Shown: piece after piece, positions 10,676-24,345 of the stretch
How positions within the stretch are numbered: the first letter of the stretch is position 1
Layout of the letters: the number at the start of each line of letters is the position of its first letter
DNA from: Phoronis australis
Taxonomy: Eukaryota; Animalia; Phoronida
Length of the DNA stretch: 64,000 nt
NCBI GenBank assembly: GCA_002633005.1
Contig: NMRA01000075.1
Location: forward strand, 485,950 to 549,949
Direction of reading: 5' to 3'
The notes under the pieces: model-generated
The model's database searches: none
What the model saw: the letters and a program-made list of their open reading frames with translations, nothing else
What the model was told of the DNA's origin: nothing
Translations under genes and position numbers: made by a program

Positions 10676-12664
10676 GTATTGGTGGAGGCCGCCGATCGAT
10701 GATAGGGTGAGAAGAGTTGGCGTCATCTTAACGTAATTGACAAATTGAAGAGGCTTATGTTTTTCTTTACAGAAGGTGAGAAAAATACTTAACCAGGCTC
10801 AATGTACGGCACTGTACCTATAACGGGAGTGAATATAGTGATTTAATGTACATGTACGTAAACGAATGATTTGACGATGCCCGTGACAACACTGTTCAAA
10901 TTTCAAAACTCGTAGGTCCCATAATTGTAGAAGGAAAGTAATTAAATTAAGATACATTTCCAGACAGTGCTTTTGACTATACATGTACGAGCTTGTGTTA
11001 GAATTCCTTTGGTGACGTTAAAACGGTAATTAAGCGGAAATGGTGACTTTGGAATACGAAAATTGCGGTCACGGCGACCTGCAAGTCCGTCTTGAAAGGG
11101 CACGGCGGTGACAGATTTGATGGTCGGGACCCTGCAGTTGCAGTTTCGGCAGAGCCTGTAACAGGCGAGAATCAACCAATCTCACCAATCCCCAGTAGAA
11201 AGAGACATGCGGCTTTGCAAAGTCAGGGAAATGTTACAGTGAGTTTCCAGAAGTGTATTGATTTGCACCACATCAAGTGCTTTTCCTGGATAATTGATAG
11301 TGTTCACCAGTTAACATCTAACAATACTTATTTAACTTGACACCATGTAAACACGACCTAAAATGGGTTTTTAAGTTAGAAATGAAGCTATAATTTCTGT
11401 TAGTACTTGAATAAACTTCACCACAAAAGGGAATTACAGAGAATTCCCTCTCCATAATGCGGATGGAGAATTGACAGTAAAACATCAACATCTGCAGTTT
11501 ACAAAACGTTCTTAGTTTGGTAGACCTTATGTATTTCGATCGATGTTATCCAACCAGGTAGGAAACCACTCTGAAAAACTAGGTTTTGTTGATCACTTTA
11601 CAATTATAGAAAGACAAAGTAGCTCGAGAAGTCTTAATTAGTGTCTCTTTCACGGAAATGAGAACTTAGTCCAGGCCCTACAGATGCCTCTGAGAAAGCC
11701 ACAAACGCGACCCAGTCTCTCAACTCAGTGATGAAGTGTCATTAGCAGGCCAGTAGGAAGAAAAAAATTATGGGAGGGAGGGGGCACGAACCAATTTGAC
11801 TTCGCCAACCTACCCCCTTGCTATCGTCACCCCCCCGTTCTCTGGATGTCACCATGTTTTTTTAGGTATTTATTATCATTTTTAAACAAGTACAAAAAAA
11901 ACAAACTAAGAACTGAGTACATCTACATCCATTCATTCACGCATATGCACCTCAGGAGAGACCATTCTCGTACGTCGTATAAAGTAAACAACTTTTACAT
12001 GGAGTTAACGTGAACAATGAAATTTTCCCATTTCGCAGAGAAGCTGTCATATACAAAGTTTTTATATGCAATTGTTTTTTTTTCAGCGTTATAGTACTCA
12101 TAAGTATATGAAACGAACTTGTTAAAATTAGGTATATTTTTGTGAAATCACTCCTACAAGGAGAGATGTCACCATATTTGTACCGACCCCCCATGTCCGC
12201 CATAGGTGTGGGTAATACCGGGGAAGCAGCCACAGGGATTTGAGTAACCCTCATGAACCAACAAAGTTTCACGAAGAGTAAGAATGGGTCTAGGGCCCAA
12301 GCGCACTGACGGTTAGCTGGGAGCTGCCTGAAATAAATATAGCTGGGTTCCAAAAGTGGATTCGTACCTATTCCTCTTCGAAGGTCAAGGTTCGTTTTAT
12401 TATTTCGGGAAAATATCATGGCTATTCTTTGAAGTAATTTTTGGAAATTTCAGGACCCGAGGTGCCTGGTATGAGTGTCTTTGTTACCGTTTCAGAATTT
12501 CTTGGTGAAACACAGAATGTAGTCCAGTTTCTGGTTGCTTGGCGCGGGAAATGATAGAGCGCGTCCCAAAAATGTACACACTTCAACGTTTGGAGTTCAT
12601 AGTCAGTTCCCGTGGTTACATCTTATTTTGACACGTGGGTGTGCCTGTCATGACGTCCTCGTTG

Positions 12665-12790
12665 GAGCCCCCATTTGGCAAAGTGGGTAAAAAGGTCCGC
12701 CTCAGAGAAACAAAAAGTCTGAGAAAAGTGAGGCTAGAGTCCCCTAAAAAGGCAGGATTCGGCGTATGCACAATTCATAACCCTGAACGA
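12665..12790 (+). repeat. Fragment of repeat family D
   Basis: AAAAAGGTCCGCCTCAGAGAAACAAAAAGTC.GAGAAA is shared with 34973-35090. Confidence 0.8.
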
Positions 12791-14824
12791 ACCCTCGTAT
12801 TCGTATTTGAGGGTTACATCGGGTTGCACATTTGCAGCAATTTATGCTTCGAAACTGTGCACTAATAGACGCAAGTTTTGGACCCCAACTGTTTGTGTGC
12901 GCAGATTCCACAGCCTGAAAACAATGTGTACTGTTGTTCACATATCACGTGTTGCAAGGTTAATTGGACATTTACCTGCAAATTCAACGAAAAACAACGA
13001 TCGTATTACTAATGATTGCTAATGATTCTTGGTCGTGGAATTTGATTCCAGGTAGGAACGAAATGTTAATAAATCTTGAGGATTCTCTCGAGTTCATCTT
13101 TCCTAAATAATCCTTAATAGCTTATTTTTCGGAAATCAGTAATGAAACTCTTTCAGAACCGTTAGCACTTTCACATATCAGTATATTACTTTTTCTTGTA
13201 TGACTTGATGAATTATTCATAGTTCACATGTTTTCAAGATGTTCATTTTCAGTAAAAAAGCATTTTTTTGTGGATTGAACTGTAGAAAGTGTCGAAGAAA
13301 AGTTTAGATCGCTGTAATCATTAGCATTAGCCAATCAAAGAACAAGGAAAGTGTTGGCTGCCAGACTGGTATTGGCTTCTGCCCACGACTTCAGATTTAT
13401 GGCAGCTCATGTGTCTGCTGGCACTGTAATGCATCTCTTATGTAATGTGTAGAATAAGTGTCGAAGGCTCTTGCTACGTATTCTATAATGCCAATGGTGC
13501 TTTTTAGAATCTAATCTAGGCTTTGCAAACTGCCAAGAAGATGCGGAGCAAGATACTATGGGATAGTTCGGGGCAGTATTTTAGTTCAGTGTTACATGAG
13601 AAGGTAGTAAGGTCTTGCTCATGTTAGTGTTAGAAGTGGCTAGGACCTACCTGTAGGGTAGTGCTATTATCTCAAGTATCCATTGTCCTGTCGTGAAGAT
13701 GTTGCATTAGTGTGAATCGTGACTGGGCCACACTTATAACAAAGGTCAAATGTCTCTGGAACCACACAATCACTGATTGCTGTCAAATGTCATTCCGTGT
13801 GTGGAGTGACGCCATAGCTAATGCTACTGAAGATTATATAAATATCAATCTATATTCTTCATTCAATTGTAAAGAAAATTAGCAAAGATTAATCATGAGA
13901 CGAAAGAAAAAAAATACAGGTTAATAATACTTAAATTCAAAGCTATATTTTGGTGGCTGAAATAACTAACGTATACTGTACATAATTCTGTGCCATTTAT
14001 TAAAATCTGACAGTTTTGTACTAGACAGGGGAGATAATCCACAGACCACTTTTTGGGGCTAATTTTAGTGACCATATTTGTGACCTTCTGACTGCCATAA
14101 AACACCTTGTAGCCTTATGTGACTTTTTGAGCATTCAGTTAAAGAGTTAGTCTTGATAACTGAGCAATAAAAAATCTTGCCTCAACTTTGCACCTTAGTG
14201 AAAATTGTCTTGCAAAACTGTCTATTTTCATAGTTTGGAAATGACGAGCAGAGTTTACAGACCATTTGAACAAACTTTTAGGCAATAAGTCTGCTTTAAA
14301 TAGTTATAGAAACCAAGTTTTAACTCTTTCAAATGAAAACAAGATGTTTTCCGGGTTTATTACGCGGCAAGTATCAAACATGAACCCGATGACCTTTGCC
14401 CACTGAGGGAGTCAGTTGAGGTTAAGCTTGAGGATATATAAAAAATGTACGTGTAACCCTCTTGTATTCTTTCACTTCTTTTACATTATCAGGTTAATTT
14501 AAAAACTCTGTAGAAATTTTAAATGGAAATAAATGCCTTTAAGATTAAACGAGTAAGAATTGATATTTGTAATGACTGGTTTTGAAAGAAGCAAGTGCAT
14601 TTTAAAAAGACAAAATTGCGGGCGATGTCGATGGGCCTTCATGTTCCTTTAGAGTTTATTCTGCAAAAAATCCGATCACAAAAGCTTTGTGCTTTAGTGA
14701 GTTATGTTAAAGACACCACTGAACATTTGAGATACAGGACACTACCTCACAAAGCAAGGCCTGTGCCAGAGTAAGGACTCGTACTACCCAGAGTCGGTGA
14801 ATTTCTGACTGAACAGGACCAGTC

Positions 14825-15730
14825 ATGGAAGAGTCTGGTAATGCTGGATGTTACCACTCTGCTCCTCTCCTCCTGAACGTAGCAGCCTTGTCAAATTCTA
14901 CCGGCATTTCTGTTTCAAGATATGACTTTAGTGAAAGTCAGAATGGAAAGGATCTCTGTGATCGCAAGATCGCTCCACTCAAACAACATGTAAAGTACTT
15001 TGTAGCCGAAGGTAACAATATCATAAACTTTCTGGATTTGAAAGAAGCATTACTTTCCAGTGGCCGTGTGAATGGGTGTTATGTGTATGCATGTTCAGTC
15101 AATGCAACAAAGTCTTTTCCAAAATACTCAGTTCCTGGTATAAGCACATTCCCAAATTCCCACTATTCCACCCAAGGAATTCGCGTGTGGAAATCATTCC
15201 ATGTAGGTGACGGTAAGTTCTTACAAATACTGAGAAAATGGGAACCCTATTTCTCTAAAATACACTAACATCTCTCTCAGACATGGCGGGTTTTCAACAC
15301 CAAGAGTTAAGGTTGGCATTGTATCAGATCTGGTGAAGAGCCTCAACAAAAGTTCCCTTGTACCCAGCAAGGTTACTCGAAATTTTTTGATACACGTATG
15401 ACCACATCGCACGACAGTGGTCAGAAATGCTTTCAGATGCAAGAACCGGAGCGTCATTTGAGACAGCCTCAGAGTACTATTTGGATGAGACGAATGCTGA
15501 AGCAATAGGTTAGGCATTAAAAAAGGTAAAAGGTCAACAAAATTTTCATCAAAGGTTAAGAACTTTCTGACGAACATATTCGATGAAGGAGATAAGTCAG
15601 GTAAAAACGTTCACTCTCGGAAGTGCCAAAATGGAGAAAACATTTCGAGAACCTACTGGTAAAGTGTTTACCTGTGATATTAAGTGAATCGCAGATTGGT
15701 GGATTTTTTGGAGGTTTTCTGCAGCAATGT
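14825..15730 (+). pseudogene. Degenerate Sola3-like DDD transposase (C-terminal half)
   Basis: Motifs in order: S(G)NAGCYH (ancestral SDNAGCYH), YDFSESQNGKDLCDRKIAPLK, GIRVWKSFHVGDGK. After frameshifts come a C2H2 remnant (FPCTQQG..F), G*ALKK...KFSSKVKNFLTNIFDEGDKSGKK (GWAL motif) and QIGGFF. Confidence 0.75.
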
Positions 15731-17116
15731 TTATGACAATGCAATTTCTGCTGAAGATGCTGTTATATCGTCAGATTTACTGAATGAAGTGGTAAATGAG
15801 CTCAACGTTTATTTAGCCTAGTTTTGTAGCATACCAGTCAAAGATGTGTGATATATGAAGTCGAGACCGTTACTTCTGTTTACTTCATGTCTGTCATGAA
15901 TGAGTCATAAATAAAATTGTCTCTCGTGAATTATTTTCTATTGACTGTGAATGTGTACCTTTTTATACAACTGATGATCACACTGGCAGAAATATTCAGC
16001 TTTAGGGTGCCCGGTGTGTGGGGGGAACACCAGATTTCTGGCGACTGGTGGCGAATAAAATTTGTAGCAACCGGTAGGGACATCACAATATGAACGTTAC
16101 AATGACTATCGACAAGTTGAAGGATTTTTTGCACTGAACACTATAAGGGAGGCATATCCACCTTGGACGCCTTCCTTTGCCTGTGGCACGAACAAGGCAG
16201 ATAGACAACAAGACAGGGGTGAGTTCAGTAACACTAGAACCTCTCTAAAATTTATCCAAAACCACGTGTTCTTATTTAAAATGCAGGGCAATATTTCGCG
16301 AAGTCTTGTATCATAGCAAGGTCCTTGTGTTACTGATCTTATTCTAGATGCGTCTTCAGTCTCTACGTAAACAAAAGCAGCGTCATCTATCATCATGCCA
16401 GTTGATTTACGTTACATATTTTTTGTAATAAGCAATAATCATCAATGCCGTTTTCAGAGAATGGTAATTAATAATGCTGTCTGCCTTTTCTCCAAAATAC
16501 AAGGTTTTTATGTCGTGTTTCGCAAGCTAATTGTATGTTCCAAGAGCCCCCTATTGGCAGCAGAGGCAACTGAGAACGTGCAAAAGGACGAAGTGCAGTT
16601 CGTGTAATGCTTCGTACGCAAAAACTACATTAGAAGCAAGATTTTTTATTTTAGATTATGAACAGGTTAGGAATGACTAAACAAATTATTATAAAGTCAA
16701 TTTCAGGAAAGGTGCGTTATGGCTGCTACACAGTGCCAAATTTGGCCGAAAATGGCTTCAGTGAAAAACTGAAAAATAGCCGTTGTTGCCTCACAAATTC
16801 AAAACGTACAAACTTATAAATGGATTTTGAAAATTATGCCATTAAATTATTCAGCCACTGTCCTTTCAATTCGTATTATTAATTTGTTTTGACCTTACCA
16901 CACATGCTAGTAAAATGCATTCAAACATGCCTACTTCGACGCCCAATTTTGTTGCAAAATGGAGGTACAGGTCATAAAAAGAAAAGTGATGATTGAAAAT
17001 TCTTAAAAAGTGAGGTTTTTCTACATCTCAACAAACCAAACTCATGTGCTAAGTTTCAAAAAAATCGGTGATTTTGGGTATAGACTCTACCTGTTGGTTT
17101 TTATATGGAGTCACTC
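14825..17116 (+). mobile_element. Sola3-like DNA transposon, right end intact and left end not found
   Basis: The right end ...GGAGTCACTC|TTAA (17116) matches the GAG...CTC termini and TTAA target I recall for Sola3. It lies downstream of the transposase remnant. Confidence 0.6.
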
Positions 17117-17204
17117 TTAACTTTCAACTGAATGTTACTTGTTTCGTTTGTCCTGATAAATGATGCAAGTGTGGTTATTCATAATCTAAGCACACGACGT
17201 TGTG

Positions 17205-17580
17205 CTACAATAGATGTTTCAGCGAGTAAGTTCTGAAGTTTAAATCCGCAACGTCATGCAATATGTTTTTCTTCCTCCGCGAAAGAGGAGATTTATGACT
17301 ATTACACGTTATTACAATTCAAGTATCTAGATTCCAAGCTTCTGGACACGGCTGCTACTGAGTGCAGAGGGCTCTACGCATGCGCATGGACCATCAATTC
17401 ATGTTTGCTCAGCCGTAAAAGCGATTATAAAATAATTATTGTGCTCATGGTGGTCAAAGGAAAAAGCACAGATGAACCGTATCTAATTGCGTGATTCAAG
17501 CTCCAGTATGCAGTACATTCACCCTCAGGGGCCCAACTTCTGAGGGTCTTGGGATGTGGGGGAGTAAACCCCCTAATAAT
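17205..17580 (+). repeat. Dispersed repeat A, copy 2
   Basis: Colinear with 4038-4421. Confidence 0.9.
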
Positions 17581-20500
17581 TTTGGATTTCATAACGCGAA
17601 GTTGTCGTGAGGACTCGATTGGGACCTCAGGGGTCTCACGCTCCACCGGCTAAATTGAAAAGGCTTTGTCCAGTCACGCGTTGTGGGTCATAAATCGAGA
17701 TAATGATACCAACAGCTGACGCGACAAGCAGAACTACTTTCTTTTACTTCATTTGTGCACTAACTGGAGAAATTTAGAATTAGACTTTTAAACACTATCC
17801 GATCGTCAACTTTTTTCGGGAGACTTAAATCTCAATGTAGTTTGCGCAAAGACGATGTGCAATTTTTGGAGGTGTATTGACGATGATCAACGTTAAAACG
17901 GAGAGTAAATAAGTGCGTAATTGATCATCCAATCGGTAGTTTTGCGAGAAAGCGACGACCTTGCCGAAATTGAATAACGGAAACCCTTGAAAATCATTAT
18001 AAGCGAGAAAGAGAAAACAAATATTTTCTGACGTTTAGGCTCATTAACTTTGAGTAAACGAAACGTCGCAAATATGTTCCGTCTTCTCTTGCGCGCTCAG
18101 TGTTATGGCTAAAAATCGAGTTAGGAAACATCTAGACTAAAATCTTGATGGTATCTTATTTTGCCAGCGACCATACACGGTATAAAAATGAATGAAAAGC
18201 TGAATTAGGCAAAACTTGACTTGCTGGAATTCTCGTCAAGGAACGCATAAATATCACCATCATCTTCATGTCAAAATTACCAACTAAAACTCGAGGGGGA
18301 GGGCACGAACCTTACATCCTGGTACGCGTTTTCGTTAACGAACTTCAAAAAATAGAGCATGGAGGAGTGTTTGAAAGAGCCAAAATCCATCCAAGTCGAA
18401 GTGGCCATAACGGAGCGATATGGAGATTTAAAATGACGTGATTTATCCATTTTTTCAGTTGCTGTGTACCTAAATGAACTGGCACAGAAAAAATGACTTA
18501 GGCCTACAGTACGATTTTCTGAAACGTACCTCAGCGAAATCGTCAAAGAAAAAAGCGCCACTTGCCACCTAAAACGGACAAAAACAACCAAAGCGCGCAA
18601 CGCGTCGCTTACCTGAAAAAGTAACTCTTTCACTTGTTGTTTGTGGTTAAACATGTGATGTGTACCCATATTTTTGGTCGTGGCACCCTACAACGGGCTA
18701 CTACTTCAAATGACACGTATATATTGTCGATGTCAAAATTTAACTGCCCCACCGGTTCCCAGGGTTTCATGTTTTGTAATTTAAAATGATTGCATAAACT
18801 TAGGAATAAATGCGAATTACAGGCACTGCGTTCACAAAGAGTAAGAAAACAAAAACCCAGCGGCATACGATCACCTCGCTTTAACAATGCATTGTGCGCA
18901 TTCCACATAACTAGTAGGCCACTCTTCAGATTAGTGCTTGGGCAATGAAAATAAGTGTAAGATTTCGGAAGAGTGTAATATATATTGTACATGAGAATTT
19001 CAAACGTTAACATGACTAGTTGTTCATACTATGGGAAAAGCAATAAGGGACACAGGCACTAGCGATGATAAACTCTTCAGTATAAATATTACATTTCACA
19101 GGATGAGCAAAACATGCACTAAGCACTGTTGAGATAACCTACCGAAATCTTTTTAACTAACAATTATAAACTCTGCAATATAAACAATACACTTTATACA
19201 ATGAACATGTAACAAATATACACACCCAAATAGTGTTACATGCAATCCCTGATGAGATCATCCATAAGTATGAATCCCTCCATGTAAACAATAACTCACA
19301 TGGTGAGCAAAATATTTAAAGTGGGACTTAACTACAACATAGAAACCTTCAAAATTTGTGTCATAGCAGTACAAGGTTCTACTACTTGACAAAACACCAT
19401 AAGTGATATAACTGCTGAGATCACTACCTTCACGAGGAAAAGTTATCAATATAATAATATGAAACATGGGTTTGAGCAAAGTACCGGTAGGTGCACAATA
19501 CTGCTATCCCTGGTGGAACCAGTCACTGAAAACCGCAATAAATTGCACACCTCACAAGATGACAATAATATGTATACAAGAATTTGCTTTTCAAGATAAC
19601 CATGTGGAAATGACAGGGTCATTGCAGAACTTGGTAAAAAATCTGCATTTCAGCCTAAAAAACAACCATTTTCAAAACCACACCAGGAGTCACTGAATAA
19701 AAATACTAAAAAAGACAGTATGTAATTCATTTCTTGGGATGCAAACAATAACTATCCTAAACTGAAAAGATCAGTCATCCAAGGCTTGAAGAATATTCAA
19801 AATAGATACACTGGTTAAGCAATAAACTAGTAACAACAATAACGGAGACATGTCGCAATAAATACATCCCTAGTTTTATAGGAGTAAAACTAGCATTTCA
19901 AGCTCAACAATGCCCATACAACACAAGCAGCTTACACATTTCCATAACCACACAGGCAATACTGGTGTGGTACATGAATGAGGTGCACACACTATGCATT
20001 CATACACATGTGAGTAGGACATTCTCACTGACCACAATGGTCAACAAAGCTGCATGCAGAATACTACCCTGCTGGCATCTCAAAGCATTTGATATACATA
20101 GAACATTGGAAATGAGTGGAGGGCACACTAATAAATGCTCTGGTGGGGCCCTTAAATCCAGTAAGGTCATACGCTGTTCAGCAAAAAAAAAACAGCTTTT
20201 CAAACAAATTTCCAAACACAGTACAACACTTTCAAACACGATTAAGTGCCAAAAATACCGGAATTGATACCTGGGCCCTGTCATTGATCTTTTTACAGGA
20301 ATTGGAACTCGAAATTACGTTTGGAATTTTGTACTCTACTTTTGTGCGAACTTAAGACAGGTGGCTATTATCCTATGCTCCTATTAGTGTTAGTTTACAG
20401 TTGATAAACCCAAGAAGAATCCAGTACAATAAACTGGTATGTTATGAAATCCATTCTAGTTACTTCACGAAAAATAAGCAGAGCTTGGAATGAGCAATAA

Positions 20501-21820
20501 CAAAAACAGCGGAGAAATTTCCAGCTGATGTATGATACACAAAAAATAGGTTTGGGTGATAGACATTTTTGGATGTAAAATTTACCTGAACTAAACATTT
20601 AATGAAGTCGAAAAAATCATAAAAAGAGGAAACTGGAAATCCAATCAGAGAAAATCGACACCAAAAAAGGAATTCCTCTTAAAAGACGGAAATCCCAAGC
20701 CCTGATCAAGTCTGTATTCTCCAGGCTTCAACGTGTACATAAATGCAACTGTCAAGCGGTATACCTTCTTGAAATTGTCACGGCAAGCTCTCTGAAATGT
20801 AAACAGTCACAGTTTTGGTGGTGTGATTTTAAAACTTCTGGTGCTGATGACCTTGTGCACGTGCAGTAGTGTACCACAGCTTACACTCATGTAGTCAGAA
20901 GGTCACATCACTGTTTGGAAGGGCATCATTTTTTAGAGGGATTGTTGAGTGTTGCTCAATGCTCAGGACTCAGGAGTTTTGGGAAGCAGTTGAACGAATT
21001 AGAAACCAACGATGAAAACATTCATGAAAAGAAACCAAACCCCATAAAACGCTTTAATGAGTGGTTCGAAAAAGAGGAGATAAAAGTACATGTGCACTGT
21101 CAAGCAAGAGCTGCATGATAGTAAGAAAAGGTTCAACAAGTGAAATACAGTTTACTCACTGGTAAATATTAAACTAAGCAATCAGGGTGTAGACTGGACT
21201 GGATTATTTTGTAAACAAAAGTCAAGAGTGAACAATAGGGCCAGGTGTGCAGGACTAAGGGTTAAGCTAGTACTGGTATGCAGAATACAATGGCTTATCA
21301 ATATATTATGTCATCAAATTCAGTCAACAGAGAGTGCACTATGGCAAGGGGGTTGGGGGGATCTACAGAAAACAATGAAATGAAACATAAACAAATGTAA
21401 AGAAATGAGAACAAGGTAACAAAGACACGGCTGAAGATTGCTGTCTCCACCTCTTATTAATAAAACTTAAATGGTAATTTAAAACAATGGCTTGACATTA
21501 TTTCATTTGCGAACACCATTCCAAAAATTCTGGATCTGCCACTGGCATTGAAAATCCCGGAATACCAATTCAATCCGACAACATCGGACTTGTTACAGTA
21601 AATCTACTTCACAAAGAACAAACACAACATTGAAGGCACCATGGTATATTCGCTCAGACGTTTATCTTTCACTAAGTAACAATGTTTCTCTGACTTTAAA
21701 TGTGGTAGATGTACATAGTCTGTAATTTCATGAACACAAAATCCCACGCAAACACGGTATACTTTATCTATACAGCCAACAGCATCATGCGAGCATAAGG
21801 GATGACAAAAAAATACTTAC

Positions 21821-22028
21821 GTTTTTCTTCACCAGGTCCAGGTACCGAGCCCGACGTAGTCGATCGGCTCAGCCTCTCACGAATCACGGCTCGACGAGCT
21901 GGTCAAACTCAGACGGCCATCCAGGAAAACCGACGTGAATTCCCAGCGCTGTCATTTACTCCCCGCTCAATTGCTTCCTTCCAATGGCCGTTTTCGTCAA
22001 CTGCCTGCATTTTCTGTCCATCTTCCAT
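21821..22028 (-). pseudogene. Disrupted first coding exon encoding a Tudor-knot/MBT-like (Royal family) domain
   Basis: caaaATGG start, then MEDGQKMQAVDENGHWKEAIERGVNDSAG, a +1 frameshift, and IHVGFPGWPSEFDQLVEP*FVRG*ADRLRRARYLDLVKKN ending at a GTAAGT donor. This fits G.K.EA.D..G.W..A.V......V.F.GW...D..V. Confidence 0.6.
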
Positions 22029-22643
22029 TTTGAAACGGCTACTTTTGAATTGAGAGCAAAAACAACAACACAGCCATCCTCACGTGTTGGCCGGACTCAC
22101 TACTCACCACCATGCGCGAGTTAGGTCCTTATAGACATGTTCACCAAAATGAAACTGCTGTTTTCTTGTTAAAATATAGAGTACGATTTTACTTACATTT
22201 TGATAATTTACCATGCAAATAGTTTAAAAATGACAATTATAAGTCGATTTTGACGTCTTCCTTTGTTGACAGTGAAACCGCATTACCGCGTAGTAATCTT
22301 GTGTGACGATTCTCTGAGTGTGCAGGGCTAGCCTGGACTGAAAGTGAAATATCTCGGCCAAAACTTCATCGATTTTCGTGGGAGAAAAACGCTTGTTTTC
22401 AGAATTTTACGAGGAATTTGTTGATGAATCTTTTACATGTTATTGAAAAAGGCGAAAATACAAACGCGCGAGTCATATTTCTTCAGGCAGCCCTTAGCGG
22501 CTTCACGGGCAATAAAATGTAATCGACCGAATAGATTCGTCGACCACAGATTTACCCTGTGGTTTTTCCGCTTGATCCCAGACCGCCCCGAGTTGCTCCA
22601 GCATCCATCTCGGGGCGGTCTCTCACGAGGGTTTAGCGTTATG

Positions 22644-22920
22644 TAGTTGGGCTAAGAAAGACGATGTTGGTCAACATACCCATTCAAATGAATATTTTTC
22701 CAAATTAGTGATTTTTTAAGAAATGGACTTCATGTTGGCTCGTTGAGTCCACTTACCCTACTCCTTAGCCGCGGATTTACTTATTGTTTCTGGGAATTGT
22801 TCCTCACAACGAAACTTCATGAACGTGGTTTGGGTGTGAGAGACTCAGAATGAATGCTATTTTAACCCAGCTATTTACAAGCACAAGCTGACGAGACATC
22901 AACACAGCCGCAATAATTTT
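22644..22920 (+). repeat. Dispersed repeat B, copy 2
   Basis: Colinear with 4423-4705. Confidence 0.9.
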
Positions 22921-23867
22921 TTACCGGAAAAGTTTCTGTCTGCCACTGTCGTGTCTACGTATGCGGTGTACCAATTTGTAACTACATTAGTCGTGTTTTT
23001 AGTACTCGATAGACTTATTGAACGACATTAAAGACCGTGACGTTCAACTGAATACGGGTCAGCTTTCTTTGCAACATGGGAGATCTTTGGATCGCTTCCG
23101 ATCTTATGGCATGTACTCCAAAACCTCTATAAGGCCAAGTGAGTGTCCCAAACTCGCTATGGTGGCGCTTGTAAATATATAGTTGGCCATTGGTGAGAAA
23201 GTGTCGTCTATACGAGCGTAATTCAAGGGCAGAAGGCCGACGTGAAAACTACCTCTGGCTTTAAATTACACAAACAATCTTAACGTACAATTATAATTAC
23301 AACAACCAAAGTGCGACGATTTTGTATCGAGTGTTCAAAGGGATGTTATTGAAATGAGAAAACAACTGGCAACCTCTCCTGTTGAAATGCTTGCTACACA
23401 ATAAGATAACAATTTGTGTTGTCATGGCGCGTGTTCACTCTTCACCAGTCACTTTATTAATAGTAATAAAACTATTCTGGTATTCTACATGTATACAATC
23501 TCGTCGTTTCACGTTCTTCTTTGGTTTTACGGCTCTTCGTTTTACGCCGGTCAATCGCGCGCAATTTGTGAGCTTAAACAACAACAGCCGATTTCGTAAA
23601 GTTGGTTTAAACTGGACTTGGACCAGGTTTAAAGATAAAGGTGGCTTAATTTTTAGACCAGTGGTCTAGTAAAACTTGGTTCAACTCGAGTTTAGACCTG
23701 GTCTAAGTCAGTTTTCATTTTACCAACAAGGTCTATATTCTTTAGACCTGTGTTAAGATCTTAAAAAAAGGTATATCATTGGACTTGGTCAGACCCAGGT
23801 TTAACTTTTTTTCCATATAAACACTCTAAGATGTACAACAATGAGGTATGTGCAAATGAAAAACAGG

Positions 23868-23881
23868 CACACGCACGCACA

Positions 23882-23915
<34 letters not shown>
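23868..23915. repeat. (CA)n microsatellite
   Basis: Read directly. Confidence 0.98.
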
Positions 23916-23916
<1 letters not shown>

Positions 23917-24190
23917 CTAAATAATAGAACTTCACGGTTGATCTAATCTAAATAAGTATTGTGGGTTTTTCAAAAGGTAGTTTTACGGGGTTGTATATTT
24001 CTTACTTTACAATAATTATACAAGAAACATTGAAATTCTGAATATCTAGGAATAATCTGTTAATTATGACAGACTTGCATGATATAGGTGCATCTGAATG
24101 ATGCCGCGGTGTGCATTTACGACGCAGTTTTAGAGCGAGACTGTACTGTTTTCAGTATTCAATTTTGCGACGACACCAGATCAAACGTAG

Positions 24191-24345
24191 CAACGGCGGA
24201 TCCACGATTTTTAAGGGGGGGGGTCGGTTAAGAACTTTTTAAAATGGGGGACCAAGCCAACAAAGTAAAAATTATAGATTTCATATCACTAAAATCAAGG
24301 GAAAAGGGGGATCCGGATCCCTTGACCGCCTTGGATCCGCCTATG
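24191..24345. mobile_element. hAT-like MITE with 5-bp TSD, nested in the Harbinger-like element
   Basis: TIRs CAACGGCGGATCCA/TGGATCCGCCTATG with flanks CGTAG/TGTAG. Confidence 0.75.

Noticed and set aside
11952-12419. 155-aa minus-strand ORF
   Set aside because: No recognisable domain, and the composition looks non-coding.
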